Positions 28,609-37,895 of a DNA stretch of 64,000 nucleotides are shown in pieces. The position numbers and the translations under genes are program-made. Every line of letters starts with the position of its first letter. Positions within the stretch are counted from its first letter, which is position 1. This DNA comes from Verrucomicrobiia bacterium (GTDB lineage Bacteria > Verrucomicrobiota > Verrucomicrobiia > Limisphaerales > UBA1319), in contig OY760937.1 of the NCBI GenBank assembly GCA_963664225.1, positions 3,072,001-3,136,000 of the forward strand. Direction: 5' to 3'. Under the pieces are notes generated by a model that saw only the letters and a list, made by a program, of their open reading frames with translations, did not search any database and was not told the origin of the DNA.

Positions 28609-29913
28609 TTGAAAGCTTTAATAGAAACAGCCAACCGGCGGACGGAACGTGCGTTCCTGGTGGGCGTTGAATCTGGAACACGCACGACACTGGAAGTGGC
28701 AGACAGTTTGGACGAGCTGGAGCAACTCGCTGAGACGGCGGGGGGGGAGGTGGTGGGGCGCGGCGTTCAAAAGATAGAGTCCCCCACGGCAGCCACATTC
28801 ATCGGGTCGGGCAAGGCCCGCGAATTTGCCGACCAATGCGCAGCCGAGGACATCGATACCGTGATTTTTGACGATGAACTCTCCGCCGCCCAGGGGCGCA
28901 ACCTCGAAAAAGTCTTCAACATCAAGGTTCTTGATCGCACGGCGCTGATTCTCGATATTTTTGCCCAACGCGCGCGCACCCGCGAGGGTAAATTGCAGGT
29001 CGAACTGGCCTTGCTCCATCATTTGCTGCCCCGGCTGACACGTTTCTGGGGCCACTTGTCCCGTCAGAAGGGCGGCATCGGCATGCGCGGCGAGGGCGAA
29101 ACGCAGTTGGAGACGGACCGCCGGAAGGTCCAGGAACGCATCCTCAAGCTCACCGAGGAACTGCGCGCGGTGCGCCAGCATCGGCTCACGCAGCGCGAGG
29201 GCCGCCAGCGCAACATCTGGCCGCTGGCTTCCATTGTCGGTTACACCAACGCCGGCAAGTCCACGCTGTTCAACGCGTTGACGGGCAGTGCGGTGCTGGC
29301 CGAGGACAAGCTTTTCGCAACGCTCGACCCCACCACGCGCCGCCTGCATCTGGAGACCAAGCAGGACGTTTTATTGTCGGACACGGTCGGTTTCATCCGC
29401 AAATTACCGCACCGGCTCGTGGAGGCCTTCAAGGCCACGCTCGAAGAAGTGGTGCAGGCCGATTTGCTGTTGCATGTAGTGGATGCGAGCCATCCTCTGG
29501 CGCTTAATCAAATCCTGGCGGTCAACCAGGTCCTCACGGAAATCGGCGCGAGCGGCAAGCCGACCCTGATGATTCTCAATAAAATCGATCGCTTCGAGAA
29601 TCCCGACGTTCTGGCGCGCTTTCAGGAGCAGTTCCCCAATGCGGTCGGCATCTCCGCCAAAACGGGCGCCGGGTTTCCCGCGTTGCTGGATGAATTGAGC
29701 AAGGCCCTGCGACCCATTCGCCGGCTTGTGGCGTTAACGATTCCCCATGAAGGTTCGCAGATCATCGCCCGCCTGCACGCGGTGGCGCAGGTGGTGGAAC
29801 GGGATTATGATGGACCCGCAGCGCGGTTCAAGGCCCGGATTCCCCCACATCTCATGCACGAATTTGAGCCTTTCCTGGAGCCTGAGGTTGAGGCGATTCC
29901 AACCGCTGTTTAG
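28609..29913 (+). CDS. hflX: Ribosome-splitting GTPase HflX
   Basis: LILDIFAQRA, GETQLETDRR, GYTNAGKS, LFATLDPT, DTVGF, NKID. Confidence 0.97.
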   Translation: MKALIETANRRTERAFLVGVESGTRTTLEVADSLDELEQLAETAGGEVVGRGVQKIESPTAATFIGSGKAREFADQCAAEDIDTVIFDDELSAAQGRNLEKVFNIKVLDRTALILDIFAQRARTREGKLQVELALLHHLLPRLTRFWGHLSRQKGGIGMRGEGETQLETDRRKVQERILKLTEELRAVRQHRLTQREGRQRNIWPLASIVGYTNAGKSTLFNALTGSAVLAEDKLFATLDPTTRRLHLETKQDVLLSDTVGFIRKLPHRLVEAFKATLEEVVQADLLLHVVDASHPLALNQILAVNQVLTEIGASGKPTLMILNKIDRFENPDVLARFQEQFPNAVGISAKTGAGFPALLDELSKALRPIRRLVALTIPHEGSQIIARLHAVAQVVERDYDGPAARFKARIPPHLMHEFEPFLEPEVEAIPTAV

Positions 29914-29969
29914 CTCGTTGGGATAGCCGATAGCCCTTTGGAGTTCGGGACGCGGGTTAATGCGCCAGG

Positions 29970-31220
29970 CTAAAGCTTGAACTGCGGTATCCTCATCAGC
30001 TCCCCGCCCTTCATGGCGGAGGCGTGAGCCACGATGCCGCCCACGGTCATGTTCAGCGCCTGTGCAATATCCACCAGCGGTTTGCGATTCTGAAGAATGG
30101 CCGTGACGAACTCGTTCATGAGAAAGCCGTGCGATCCACCGTGGCCGCCAAGGTCCACCCCGGGCGGAAGCGGCGGACGAATCAGGTCCGGCAGATTCTT
30201 TTCCAGGCCTTCATATTGGGCGTAATAGGAGCCTTTCTGGCCGCGGATGCGGCCCATTTCACCCCCGTAACCGGGCGAATCCCAACTCACCCCCATGCGC
30301 GCCATGCCCCCTTCGCTGGTCCGGAATAGCGCGATTTCCGTGCCAAAGGGATTCTGATAGGGATTGTTGGCCGGCTGCAAATGCGCGATCTGGCTCGTCA
30401 TGCCCATGCACGAGACTTCGGTGAAACTGCCGCCGGACACACCCACATAATACGCGTTTGAATGGGTGGGATACCATTGCGGCGGCAATCCAATACGCCA
30501 ACCCTTGTAGGAATCAATCGGGGTGTCCATGTAGTGGAAGTATTCCCCTTCGGCATAAATCAACTTTCCGAGCCCTCCGGCATTGTAAATCTGCCGCATT
30601 CCGTAGAGGTCCTCGTGAAAATACGAGGTCTCGAACATCATGTATTTCAGGCCGCTCGCCTTGACCGCCTCAAACAGTTTGTGCGCATCCTCCAGCGACC
30701 CAAACACCGCTGGCACCGCCGATGCGACGTGCTTTCCGTGCTTCAAGACCTCGATGCAATGCCGCGCATGACTGGGAGCGTCCGTGGCCACGAACACCGC
30801 CTCTATGCGGTCATCCTTTACCAATTCCTCCAGCGAGGGATACGTTTTCGCGCAACGGGTCACCTTCGCCAGTTCCTCACAACGCTCGGGAATCAAGTCG
30901 CTCACGGCAACAACCTCCACGTTTGGATGATCCTGAAAGCCGAAAGCGGAAGCGAACTTGCAGACGCCATTGCCGACCAGTCCCACACGAATCTTGCGGT
31001 CGGAAACAGGTTTCCACCCCTTGGAAACGTCCATAGTGGTGAGCGCTTTCTCGAAGCCCTGAACCACCTTCTCCTGCGCCCGGGCCGTCGGCGTGACCGC
31101 CAGGGCCGCAGAGCCCAGCCCGACGGCCTGCAGGAACGAGCGTCGCGTGATGGAATTGATTGGGGATGGTTTCTCTGAGGCTGCGGAGACTTCATACCGG
31201 GGTTGGGGGTCGCTTTGCAT
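29970..31220 (-). CDS. Tat-exported Gfo/Idh/MocA oxidoreductase
   Basis: TRRSFLQ Tat motif; IRVGLVG, HVASAVP, EGEYFH, YPTH, GGHGGSH. Confidence 0.9.
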   Translation of the reverse strand: MQSDPQPRYEVSAASEKPSPINSITRRSFLQAVGLGSAALAVTPTARAQEKVVQGFEKALTTMDVSKGWKPVSDRKIRVGLVGNGVCKFASAFGFQDHPNVEVVAVSDLIPERCEELAKVTRCAKTYPSLEELVKDDRIEAVFVATDAPSHARHCIEVLKHGKHVASAVPAVFGSLEDAHKLFEAVKASGLKYMMFETSYFHEDLYGMRQIYNAGGLGKLIYAEGEYFHYMDTPIDSYKGWRIGLPPQWYPTHSNAYYVGVSGGSFTEVSCMGMTSQIAHLQPANNPYQNPFGTEIALFRTSEGGMARMGVSWDSPGYGGEMGRIRGQKGSYYAQYEGLEKNLPDLIRPPLPPGVDLGGHGGSHGFLMNEFVTAILQNRKPLVDIAQALNMTVGGIVAHASAMKGGELMRIPQFKL

Positions 31221-31674
31221 GAGTTATCAATAGGTCCGCCCTCCCGGTCGCGTCAACCCACAAAAAAGCTAAAAACCGTATTCCAAAACAGGAATCAAAG
31301 GGGCTTGTAAAGGGCCATGGCCTGGGACCCGGTTACTGCCTCCCAAAAACGGATTAACTTGCGCGATATATATCGTTATAGTTGCAGAGTCCGTTGAGGC
31401 ATTGAAAAACCATTGGGGAGCGGGATTCAGAACTGTGGCGACAAATCAGAAGAATATTGGACGATACCCGGTGGTGCCCAAAGCGGGAAGACCTTCGCAA
31501 GTGGTTGCCGCTGAAAAGGAAATCACCGTCCGACTTCACGCCTTAAAAAAGGGCGCATTTTGGCGCGAAAAAGTTTTGACAATTTCTCCATTTTCGCACC
31601 GTCGAAATCTCGTTATTTTGGATGAAATCAAGCCGATATTTAACGATTTCACTTTTTTTAAGAATTCGCTTGCT

Positions 31675-31724
31675 GCCACTACCTGTAGTGCTAGTTTGCC
31701 GTGGTAATACCACTAAATGGGGTA
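31675..31724 (+). promoter_or_regulatory. Tandem NrdR-box-like sites and promoter of nrdJ
   Basis: GCCACTACCTGTAGTG (31675-31690) and ACCACTAAATGGGGTA (31709-31724) resemble the NrdR consensus acaCwAtATaTwGtgt; the first overlaps a TTGCTG...TAGTTT promoter. Confidence 0.6.
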
Positions 31725-31868
31725 TCTACGCTTTTGTAGGGTGTAGAGATCCCGGTATTGAAACAACCAAGATTTTTAACTCCGATCTGATGTTTTACGC
31801 AATACGCGGCTGGGTTTGTCATGCCCGGATTGGCGCGCTGCTCCAGAGCGGAAGAGTGAAGGAAAGAT

Positions 31869-34800
31869 ATGTTGGATGCCCAGGAAGAAATGATCAAACC
31901 GACGAACGGAACCTCACGGGCTCGCGCGTCCAAAGCGAACCGCAACCGTGCTCAGGAGCCCGCCCATGATGCGGCTCCCAGGAAGTTGCAGTTAGGCTTG
32001 GAACGGGTGTTCAGCGATGCGTCGGTCAGCCCCTTCGACCAGGTGGAATGGGACAAACGGACCGCCGAAATCACCGATGACGGTGGCAAGTCCGTCTTCA
32101 GGCAGGAAGGGGTGGAAGTGCCCAAGACCTGGTCCCAACTGGCAACCAAGGTTGTGGTGTCCAAGTATTTCTACGGCGAACAACACACGCCGGAACGCGA
32201 AGTCTCGGTGCGTCAGTTGATCCACCGCGTCTGCCGGACGATTGCGGATTGGGGTATCAAGGACGGATATTTCAGCAAGGAAGAGGGCGAGATTTTCTAC
32301 GACGAGCTTTGCTGGCTTTGCGTGAACCAATACGGGGCGTTTAACTCTCCCGTGTGGTTTAACGTGGGCCTTTTTCACCAATACCACGTTGGAAACACCT
32401 CCGCGCTCGGTAATTGGTATTATGACCGGACCCAAAACGCGCCCGCGCGCGCCCGCACCCAATACGAGTATCCCCAGTGCAGCGCCTGCTTCATTCAGTC
32501 CGTGGAGGACAACATGGAGTCGATCATGCACCTGGCCTACAGCGAGGCCATGCTGTTCAAGTTCGGCTCGGGCACCGGTTCGGATCTGTCCCCCATTCGC
32601 AGCGCCCGGGAAAAACTCAGCGGCGGCGGACGCCCCAGCGGACCGCTTTCGTTCCTGAAAGTCTATGACCAGGTGGCCAATGTCGTGAAATCCGGTGGCA
32701 AGACCCGTCGCGCCGCCAAGATGAACACGCTCAAGGACTGGCACGGCGACATCGAGGAATTCATTGACGCCAAGCAGATCGAGGAGAAGAAGGCCTGGGC
32801 GCTCATCGAGCAGGGCTACGATGGTTCCTACAATGGCGCCGCCTATGGCAGTGTCATGTACCAGAACGAGAATCTCTCCGTGCGCGCCAGTGACGAATTC
32901 ATGGAAGCGGCCCTCGCCAACAAGGAATGGTGGACCCGTTCCGTAACCAAGGGGACGCCGCTCGAAAAGAAGGACGCCGCCAAGCTCCTGCGCAAGATCG
33001 CGGAAGGCACCTACATCTGCGGCGATCCCGGCATGCAGTACGACGGCACGATTCAGCGCTGGCACACCTGCAAGGGCACCGCGCCGATTCACTCCACCAA
33101 TCCCTGCTCCGAATACGTGTTTCTCAATAACACCGCGTGCAATCTCGCCTCGCTCAACTTGATGAAGTTCAAGCGCGAGGATGGCGTGTTCGATGTGGAG
33201 CGTTTCAAGGCTGCCATCCGGCTGTTCATCACCGCGCAGGAAATCGTGGTCGATAACGCCACTTATCCCACGGCGGAAATTGCCGAGAACTCCCACATCT
33301 TCCGCACGCTGGGTCTGGGCTTCGCCAATCTGGGCTCCCTCATCATGAGCTACGGCTACGCCTACGATTCCAACGAGGGCCGGGCCATGGCCGGCGCCAT
33401 TGCAGCCATCATGACCGGTCATTCCTACGAGCAATCCGCCGTGATGTCCGGCGTCATGGGCCCGTTCAAGGGCTACAAGGATGCCCGTTGCAGCGGCGTT
33501 TCCAAGCCCCTGGCCCCGGATAACGTCGAGCCCATGCTGGATGTCATCCGGATGCACCGCGAGGCGGTGGAATCCATTCAGCCGAGCGAGGAGTTCAACT
33601 ACCTCAAGACCGAGGCCCGCAATTGCTGGACGCGTGCGCTGGACATGGGCCGCAAACACGGCTATCGCAACGCCCAGGTGACGGTTCTTGCCCCCACGGG
33701 AACCATCGCCTTCCTGATGGATTGCGATACCACCGGCATTGAACCGGACATCGCGCTGGTCAAATACAAACTCCTGGCCGGCGGCGGCATGCTCAAGATC
33801 GTCAACCGCACTGTGCCCGAGGGCCTGCGCCGCCTGGGTTATTCGGCCGAACAAATCAAGTCCATCGTGGCCTACATCGAAAAACGGGACACGATCGAGG
33901 ACGTGGTCGAAGATGGCAAGCTGGTTTCCAGCGGGCTCAAGCCTGAGCACCTGACGGTCTTCGACTGCGCATTCCGGGCCGCGCGTGGCAAACGCAGCAT
34001 CCATTACCTGGCGCACCTGCGCATGATGGGCGCGGCGCAGCCGTTCATCAGCGGCGCCATATCCAAGACGGTCAATCTGCCCAACGACTGCAGCGTGGAG
34101 GACATCCAGGACGCCTACGTGCAGGCCTGGAAAATGGGCCTCAAATGCGTGGCCATCTACCGTGACGGCTCCAAACGTTCCCAGCCGCTCAACACCTCCA
34201 AGACGGCCGACGCGGTCCCGCCTGAGACGGTGGCCACGTTGCAGAGCCAGATCAAAATCCTGGAGGCCACGATTGCCAAGATGCGCGAGAAACTCGGCAA
34301 ACCGCTTCGCCGTCGTCTGCCCGAGACCCGCACTGCCGTGACCCATAAGTTCGAGATCGCCGGCCACGAGGGCTACCTGACCGTCGGCATGTTTGAAAAC
34401 GGTCTGCCCGGCGAGTTGTTCATCACCATGGCCAAGGAAGGCTCCACCATCGGCGGTTTGATGGATTGCATCGCCACGCTCACCAGCCTGGCCCTCCAAT
34501 TCGGCGTGCCCCTGGACGCCCTGGTCCGCAAGTTCGCGCATCAGCGGTTCGAACCGTGGGGCTTTACCAAGAACCCGGACATCCGCAACGCCAGCTCGAT
34601 CATCGACTACGTGTTTCGCTGGATGGCCTTCCAGTTCATTCCCGGCTATCGCGCGGCCAATACGCTCACGGCGATCCAGCCCGAGTTGGCCATTCCCGGC
34701 CTGCAGGAGGAGATCAAGAAAAAGGTCAATCGCAGTGTCCCCGAATTGCCCGTGGCGGATGGCGACGACGAGGTGTCGGAAATAGCTGAGGTGACCTCGC

Positions 34801-34925
34801 TGGATGATGCGCACAAGCACTTCCAGGCGGACGCCCCCCCGTGCCCGGCCTGCGGCCACCTGACCATCCGCAACGGCGCCTGCTACAAGTGCCCGAACTG
34901 CGGCGAGAGCCTGGGATGCTCGTAG
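31869..34925 (+). CDS. nrdJ: Adenosylcobalamin-dependent (class II) ribonucleotide reductase
   Basis: FNSPVWFN, PQCSACFI, TNPCSE, CNLASLNL, APTGTI, ISKTVN, YRDGSK, TSCPD region and C-terminal CPACG...CPNCG. Confidence 0.97.
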   Translation: MLDAQEEMIKPTNGTSRARASKANRNRAQEPAHDAAPRKLQLGLERVFSDASVSPFDQVEWDKRTAEITDDGGKSVFRQEGVEVPKTWSQLATKVVVSKYFYGEQHTPEREVSVRQLIHRVCRTIADWGIKDGYFSKEEGEIFYDELCWLCVNQYGAFNSPVWFNVGLFHQYHVGNTSALGNWYYDRTQNAPARARTQYEYPQCSACFIQSVEDNMESIMHLAYSEAMLFKFGSGTGSDLSPIRSAREKLSGGGRPSGPLSFLKVYDQVANVVKSGGKTRRAAKMNTLKDWHGDIEEFIDAKQIEEKKAWALIEQGYDGSYNGAAYGSVMYQNENLSVRASDEFMEAALANKEWWTRSVTKGTPLEKKDAAKLLRKIAEGTYICGDPGMQYDGTIQRWHTCKGTAPIHSTNPCSEYVFLNNTACNLASLNLMKFKREDGVFDVERFKAAIRLFITAQEIVVDNATYPTAEIAENSHIFRTLGLGFANLGSLIMSYGYAYDSNEGRAMAGAIAAIMTGHSYEQSAVMSGVMGPFKGYKDARCSGVSKPLAPDNVEPMLDVIRMHREAVESIQPSEEFNYLKTEARNCWTRALDMGRKHGYRNAQVTVLAPTGTIAFLMDCDTTGIEPDIALVKYKLLAGGGMLKIVNRTVPEGLRRLGYSAEQIKSIVAYIEKRDTIEDVVEDGKLVSSGLKPEHLTVFDCAFRAARGKRSIHYLAHLRMMGAAQPFISGAISKTVNLPNDCSVEDIQDAYVQAWKMGLKCVAIYRDGSKRSQPLNTSKTADAVPPETVATLQSQIKILEATIAKMREKLGKPLRRRLPETRTAVTHKFEIAGHEGYLTVGMFENGLPGELFITMAKEGSTIGGLMDCIATLTSLALQFGVPLDALVRKFAHQRFEPWGFTKNPDIRNASSIIDYVFRWMAFQFIPGYRAANTLTAIQPELAIPGLQEEIKKKVNRSVPELPVADGDDEVSEIAEVTSLDDAHKHFQADAPPCPACGHLTIRNGACYKCPNCGESLGCS

Positions 34926-34982
34926 GATTTAGGATGTCGCACATCCGGGAACCATCCGCACAAGGTGGTTTTGGATATTGCA

Positions 34983-35015
34983 ATGAGCTGCGCACGACTG
35001 GCGTGTTCAGCTCAT
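34983..35015. repeat. Hairpin, possible degenerate attC remnant ahead of the first cassette ORF
   Basis: ATGAGCTG CGCACG ACTGG CGTGTT CAGCTCAT inverted repeat followed by CTTTC GCT (an attC would have GTT here). Confidence 0.35.
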
Positions 35016-35035
35016 CTTTCGCTCTCTGAACCGCC

Positions 35036-35428
35036 ATGGTTTTAGTAGCGCTGGCTTTAATCGCACTCAGTGGCTGGACGTTCTATCGAATCGTCCGGGT
35101 CTTGCGCCATGGCGCAGCAGCGCCGGTCTGGTGGGCCGTGTTCGCGCTGTTCACGCTGGCTGGAGTGGTTCTTGGTATCTGGCTGGCATTCTCATTCGAG
35201 TACCAGGCGTCACCAAGAATGCGTATCGTGAGCTTCCCGCTTCCCATTGGGTTTTTCGCATGGGAAGAGGATCGGTGGACCGATTTCGTTACGCCGGAAT
35301 GGTACATGTATCCAGCGCTGGCGGCAAATGTATGCATCACAGCAACCGTTTGCGTTATACCGGTATTCACTGCCTTTCTACTCCGTCAACGCCAACACCG
35401 AAAGGACCTGCATGCAACTCCCATCTGA
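35036..35428 (+). CDS. Small hypothetical membrane protein (putative gene cassette)
   Basis: 130 aa, 3 hydrophobic segments; stop codon lies in the R'' box of the following attC-like site. Confidence 0.7.
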   Translation: MVLVALALIALSGWTFYRIVRVLRHGAAAPVWWAVFALFTLAGVVLGIWLAFSFEYQASPRMRIVSFPLPIGFFAWEEDRWTDFVTPEWYMYPALAANVCITATVCVIPVFTAFLLRQRQHRKDLHATPI

Positions 35429-35488
35429 CCACCGGCCTGCAATGAACGCCGCGAGGTGCTCTTTTTCTATTGAGCTTGTTTGTCACGG
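35423..35488 (+). mobile_element. Degenerate attC site
   Basis: R'' ATCTGAC, L'' CCT(G)CAAT with extra G, L' ATTGAGC, 6-nt spacer, R' GTCACGG. Confidence 0.55.
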
Positions 35489-35518
35489 AACCAATAATAG
35501 TGAACTTTCGATAACATA

Positions 35519-35968
35519 ATGTTATACAAACGAGCCATAGTCCGGATCACTATTGCCTTGATTCTTGCCGTTGCAGCCTGGTTTCTCGGAGGTTTTTTGT
35601 TTACTCCGAAGATCGATTTGCAGAAGCACAAACCCATAGGTGACCAGCTCTGGTCGAGGATCGAGGCTTATCGCAGCGCTTCCGGGCATTTTCCCCGGTC
35701 TGAGGAGGAGCTTCTTGAGTCTAATGTATTTTCCAGCGCCGAACGACGGATGTTCCTGGATCGCAATTTTGGTCACCGTAAGTTTCATTACATCGTTCAG
35801 GAGCGGTATGGTCCGTCACTTACTTTGGATCACATGCCAGGAGCCTTGAGTGGCATTACAGTTTGGCGCGACAAAAACAAAGCTGAACCAGGCGGTACAG
35901 CATCCGGGAGTCAACCGTTTGGCGCAGAGACAAATGGCACATCCTCGCCAGTTGGCACCGGCCGCTGA
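35519..35968 (+). CDS. Small hypothetical protein with N-terminal TM (putative gene cassette)
   Basis: 149 aa; IEAYR...GHFP motif after the TM; reads into the attC and stops in L'. Confidence 0.7.
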   Translation: MLYKRAIVRITIALILAVAAWFLGGFLFTPKIDLQKHKPIGDQLWSRIEAYRSASGHFPRSEEELLESNVFSSAERRMFLDRNFGHRKFHYIVQERYGPSLTLDHMPGALSGITVWRDKNKAEPGGTASGSQPFGAETNGTSSPVGTGR

Positions 35969-35983
35969 CCTTTCTCGTTAAGT
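35882..35983 (+). mobile_element. attC site (integron cassette recombination site)
   Basis: R'' GCTGAAC, 5-nt spacer, L'' GGT(A)CAGC with extrahelical base, imperfect inner stem, L' GCTGACC, 6-nt spacer, R' GTTAAGT matching GTTRRRY; 102 bp. Confidence 0.78.
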
Positions 35984-36041
35984 TAAAGGGCGATGCGTGG
36001 AGCCTTATCAGAATCGAACGTTCCAAAAAAGTTTTAGAATA

Positions 36042-36411
36042 ATGCGATTAAGCAACTACAAAGACGATTTGCTGGAACGGCTGAAAGATCCGGAGTACGC
36101 TGCTGCATATCTCGCGCAGGTAATGGAGGATGGAGATAAAAATGCGTTCTTGATCGCGCTCCGGGACGTTGTCGAAGCGGGCGGAGGCATGAGTGTCGAT
36201 TGCGGAGCATACGGACATCAAACGGCAAAGCCTTTACCGGATTCTTTCAAAAAATGGTCATCCCACATTGACCACTCTGCAGGATATTTTGAAACCTCTC
36301 GGTCTGCGTGTCATTGTGATACCTCTCGTTGTCTCTTCCAGACAACAAATTGGCAAAGGCCGACCTCGAACTTTGCGCAAAACATCAAAACCCAAGGCCG
36401 TAGGCATTTGA
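36042..36411 (+). pseudogene. Addiction-module antidote (HigA-like HTH antitoxin), +1 frameshift near 36196
   Basis: MRLSNYKDDLLERLKDPEYAAAYL...ALRDVVEAGGGMS continues in another frame as IAEHTDIKRQSLYRILSKNGHPTLTTL...LGL. Confidence 0.85.
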
Positions 36412-36465
36412 AAAGTTGGAAACCCTTGGCGGGGTTTTCAGGCACTCTTCCTTTTGTTCACTCTG

Positions 36466-36489
36466 CCGTCTAAAGACGGGACTCCATAC
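36466..36489. repeat. REP-like element copy 2
   Basis: CCGTCTAAAGACGG hairpin + GACTCCATAC. Confidence 0.6.
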
Positions 36490-36589
36490 AGTGGAAGGCG
36501 CGGGTGGTGGGCGACGCCGAAGCAGTCGCCCGTGCTACGGATCAAGCCCGGCTTCATGATTTTCAGTTGTTGAATTGATTTGGATCACT

Positions 36590-37705
36590 TCACACCCAGG
36601 CGAGGCGATCCTTATTTCTGCGATAGAACAGGCCCACAAGGCGCATCCAGACGAAGAACAAATAGAGACTGATTCCCTCAGTGACAAAACGCATGACCCA
36701 TGCGAATAGCGAGCGGCGCGAGATAACGCCCGCACCCGGGTCCGGCTCGAAAAGCGAAGTTGCGAGATTGGACGCCCCAATGCCCAGGGCGAGCAACCCG
36801 GCCAGAAGCAGATAGTCCGGGAGATTTCTGAAGATGGAACGGATGATGAAAACGGGACTCAGCACCATCAGGGTGTCGGTTATCAGGAACGCCAGGATGG
36901 CCATTGGGAAGTAAAGGCAGGTGATTCCGTAAGCTGCGTAGAGCAAAATACCCGGTGTATTCTCGTTAAACCCGGAACAAAAATAGAAAAGGAAGACGGG
37001 ACCGAAGCAAAAGCAGGTGAGCACCGTGTAGCGCAAATAAAGCCCCACATTCTCGCGCCAATCGAGAGCCGTGAATGGCATGTTGGGGAGTTGATCCTGG
37101 CCATCGATGGTCGAGTGAATGATTTGCTGCAAGAGAATCACGAGGTAACAGCCAATGACCACGGTGATGATCAGGCTCACCAGGCCCAGGATGTTGGAGA
37201 TGCTCGACTGAACCAGTTCCATGAACAATACAGCGGCGATGTAAGCCAATGCATCGCCCCGGATAGGATACATGCAAGCGCCGGGCAACTCCTGGAAGAA
37301 GGATCGCGGCTCCGCGTATTCGACGGGTTGTGGACGGGAACGAGGCGTTGGCAGGGTTGCGGACGGAGGCGCGGATGGAGGCGGGGCCGGGACGCGCGGG
37401 ATGAATCGCTTTACCGGCGGCGTGTCCATCGTGATCCGGGCTACGCCCGCCTGGAATGTCTGGCCCGGGGCCAGGACGGCATGGCTCACCGATTCGTTGG
37501 CCAGCCAGGTGCCATTGGTGGAGCCCGCATCACGCACGATGACGCGCCCATCGGCATCCACCAGGATGTCGCAGTGATGCCGGGAAATCGTCGGGTGCTG
37601 GATGACGATTGAATTGGTGTCCGCCGTTCCGAGCGAGTATTCGCCGGAAGTCAAATCGACCCGGGTCTGAGGCGTGCCTTCACAATCGATGATCAGGGTT
37701 GTCAT
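36590..37705 (-). CDS. FHA-domain membrane protein
   Basis: ISRHHC, DAGSTNGT FHA motifs; Pro-rich linker; about 6 TM helices. Confidence 0.85.
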   Translation of the reverse strand: MTTLIIDCEGTPQTRVDLTSGEYSLGTADTNSIVIQHPTISRHHCDILVDADGRVIVRDAGSTNGTWLANESVSHAVLAPGQTFQAGVARITMDTPPVKRFIPRVPAPPPSAPPSATLPTPRSRPQPVEYAEPRSFFQELPGACMYPIRGDALAYIAAVLFMELVQSSISNILGLVSLIITVVIGCYLVILLQQIIHSTIDGQDQLPNMPFTALDWRENVGLYLRYTVLTCFCFGPVFLFYFCSGFNENTPGILLYAAYGITCLYFPMAILAFLITDTLMVLSPVFIIRSIFRNLPDYLLLAGLLALGIGASNLATSLFEPDPGAGVISRRSLFAWVMRFVTEGISLYLFFVWMRLVGLFYRRNKDRLAWV

Positions 37706-37895
37706 GCCATGGTTCAATACCCGGCGCCAAACCACGGGCGGAGTTCAGTGGTGCCGGAAATGGACGGACTGAATAATGACACCGCGTGCTGAAAAATCAA
37801 TTTGCATCTGTGGCAGAGCCAAAGACGCTGACGCCGCCCAGTGACTTGCCAGTCCTTGACAGCCCCCTGAGTCCGCCTATGGTTCCCATCAAATC

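Noticed and set aside
31221..31868. Cobalamin riboswitch in the long nrdJ upstream region
   Set aside because: No recognisable B12-box or conserved GGGAA...GCCACTG core; NrdR-like boxes explain the regulation
31992..34859. Very long antisense ORFs (955 aa opposite nrdJ; likewise 49469..51979, 3068..4672, 12336..13937, 57730..59034)
   Set aside because: Shadow frames of GC3-rich genes; no recognisable motifs, and they mirror well-supported sense genes
31869..34925. Intein or intron in nrdJ
   Set aside because: Length and motif order are normal; no splice-junction or LAGLIDADG motifs seen
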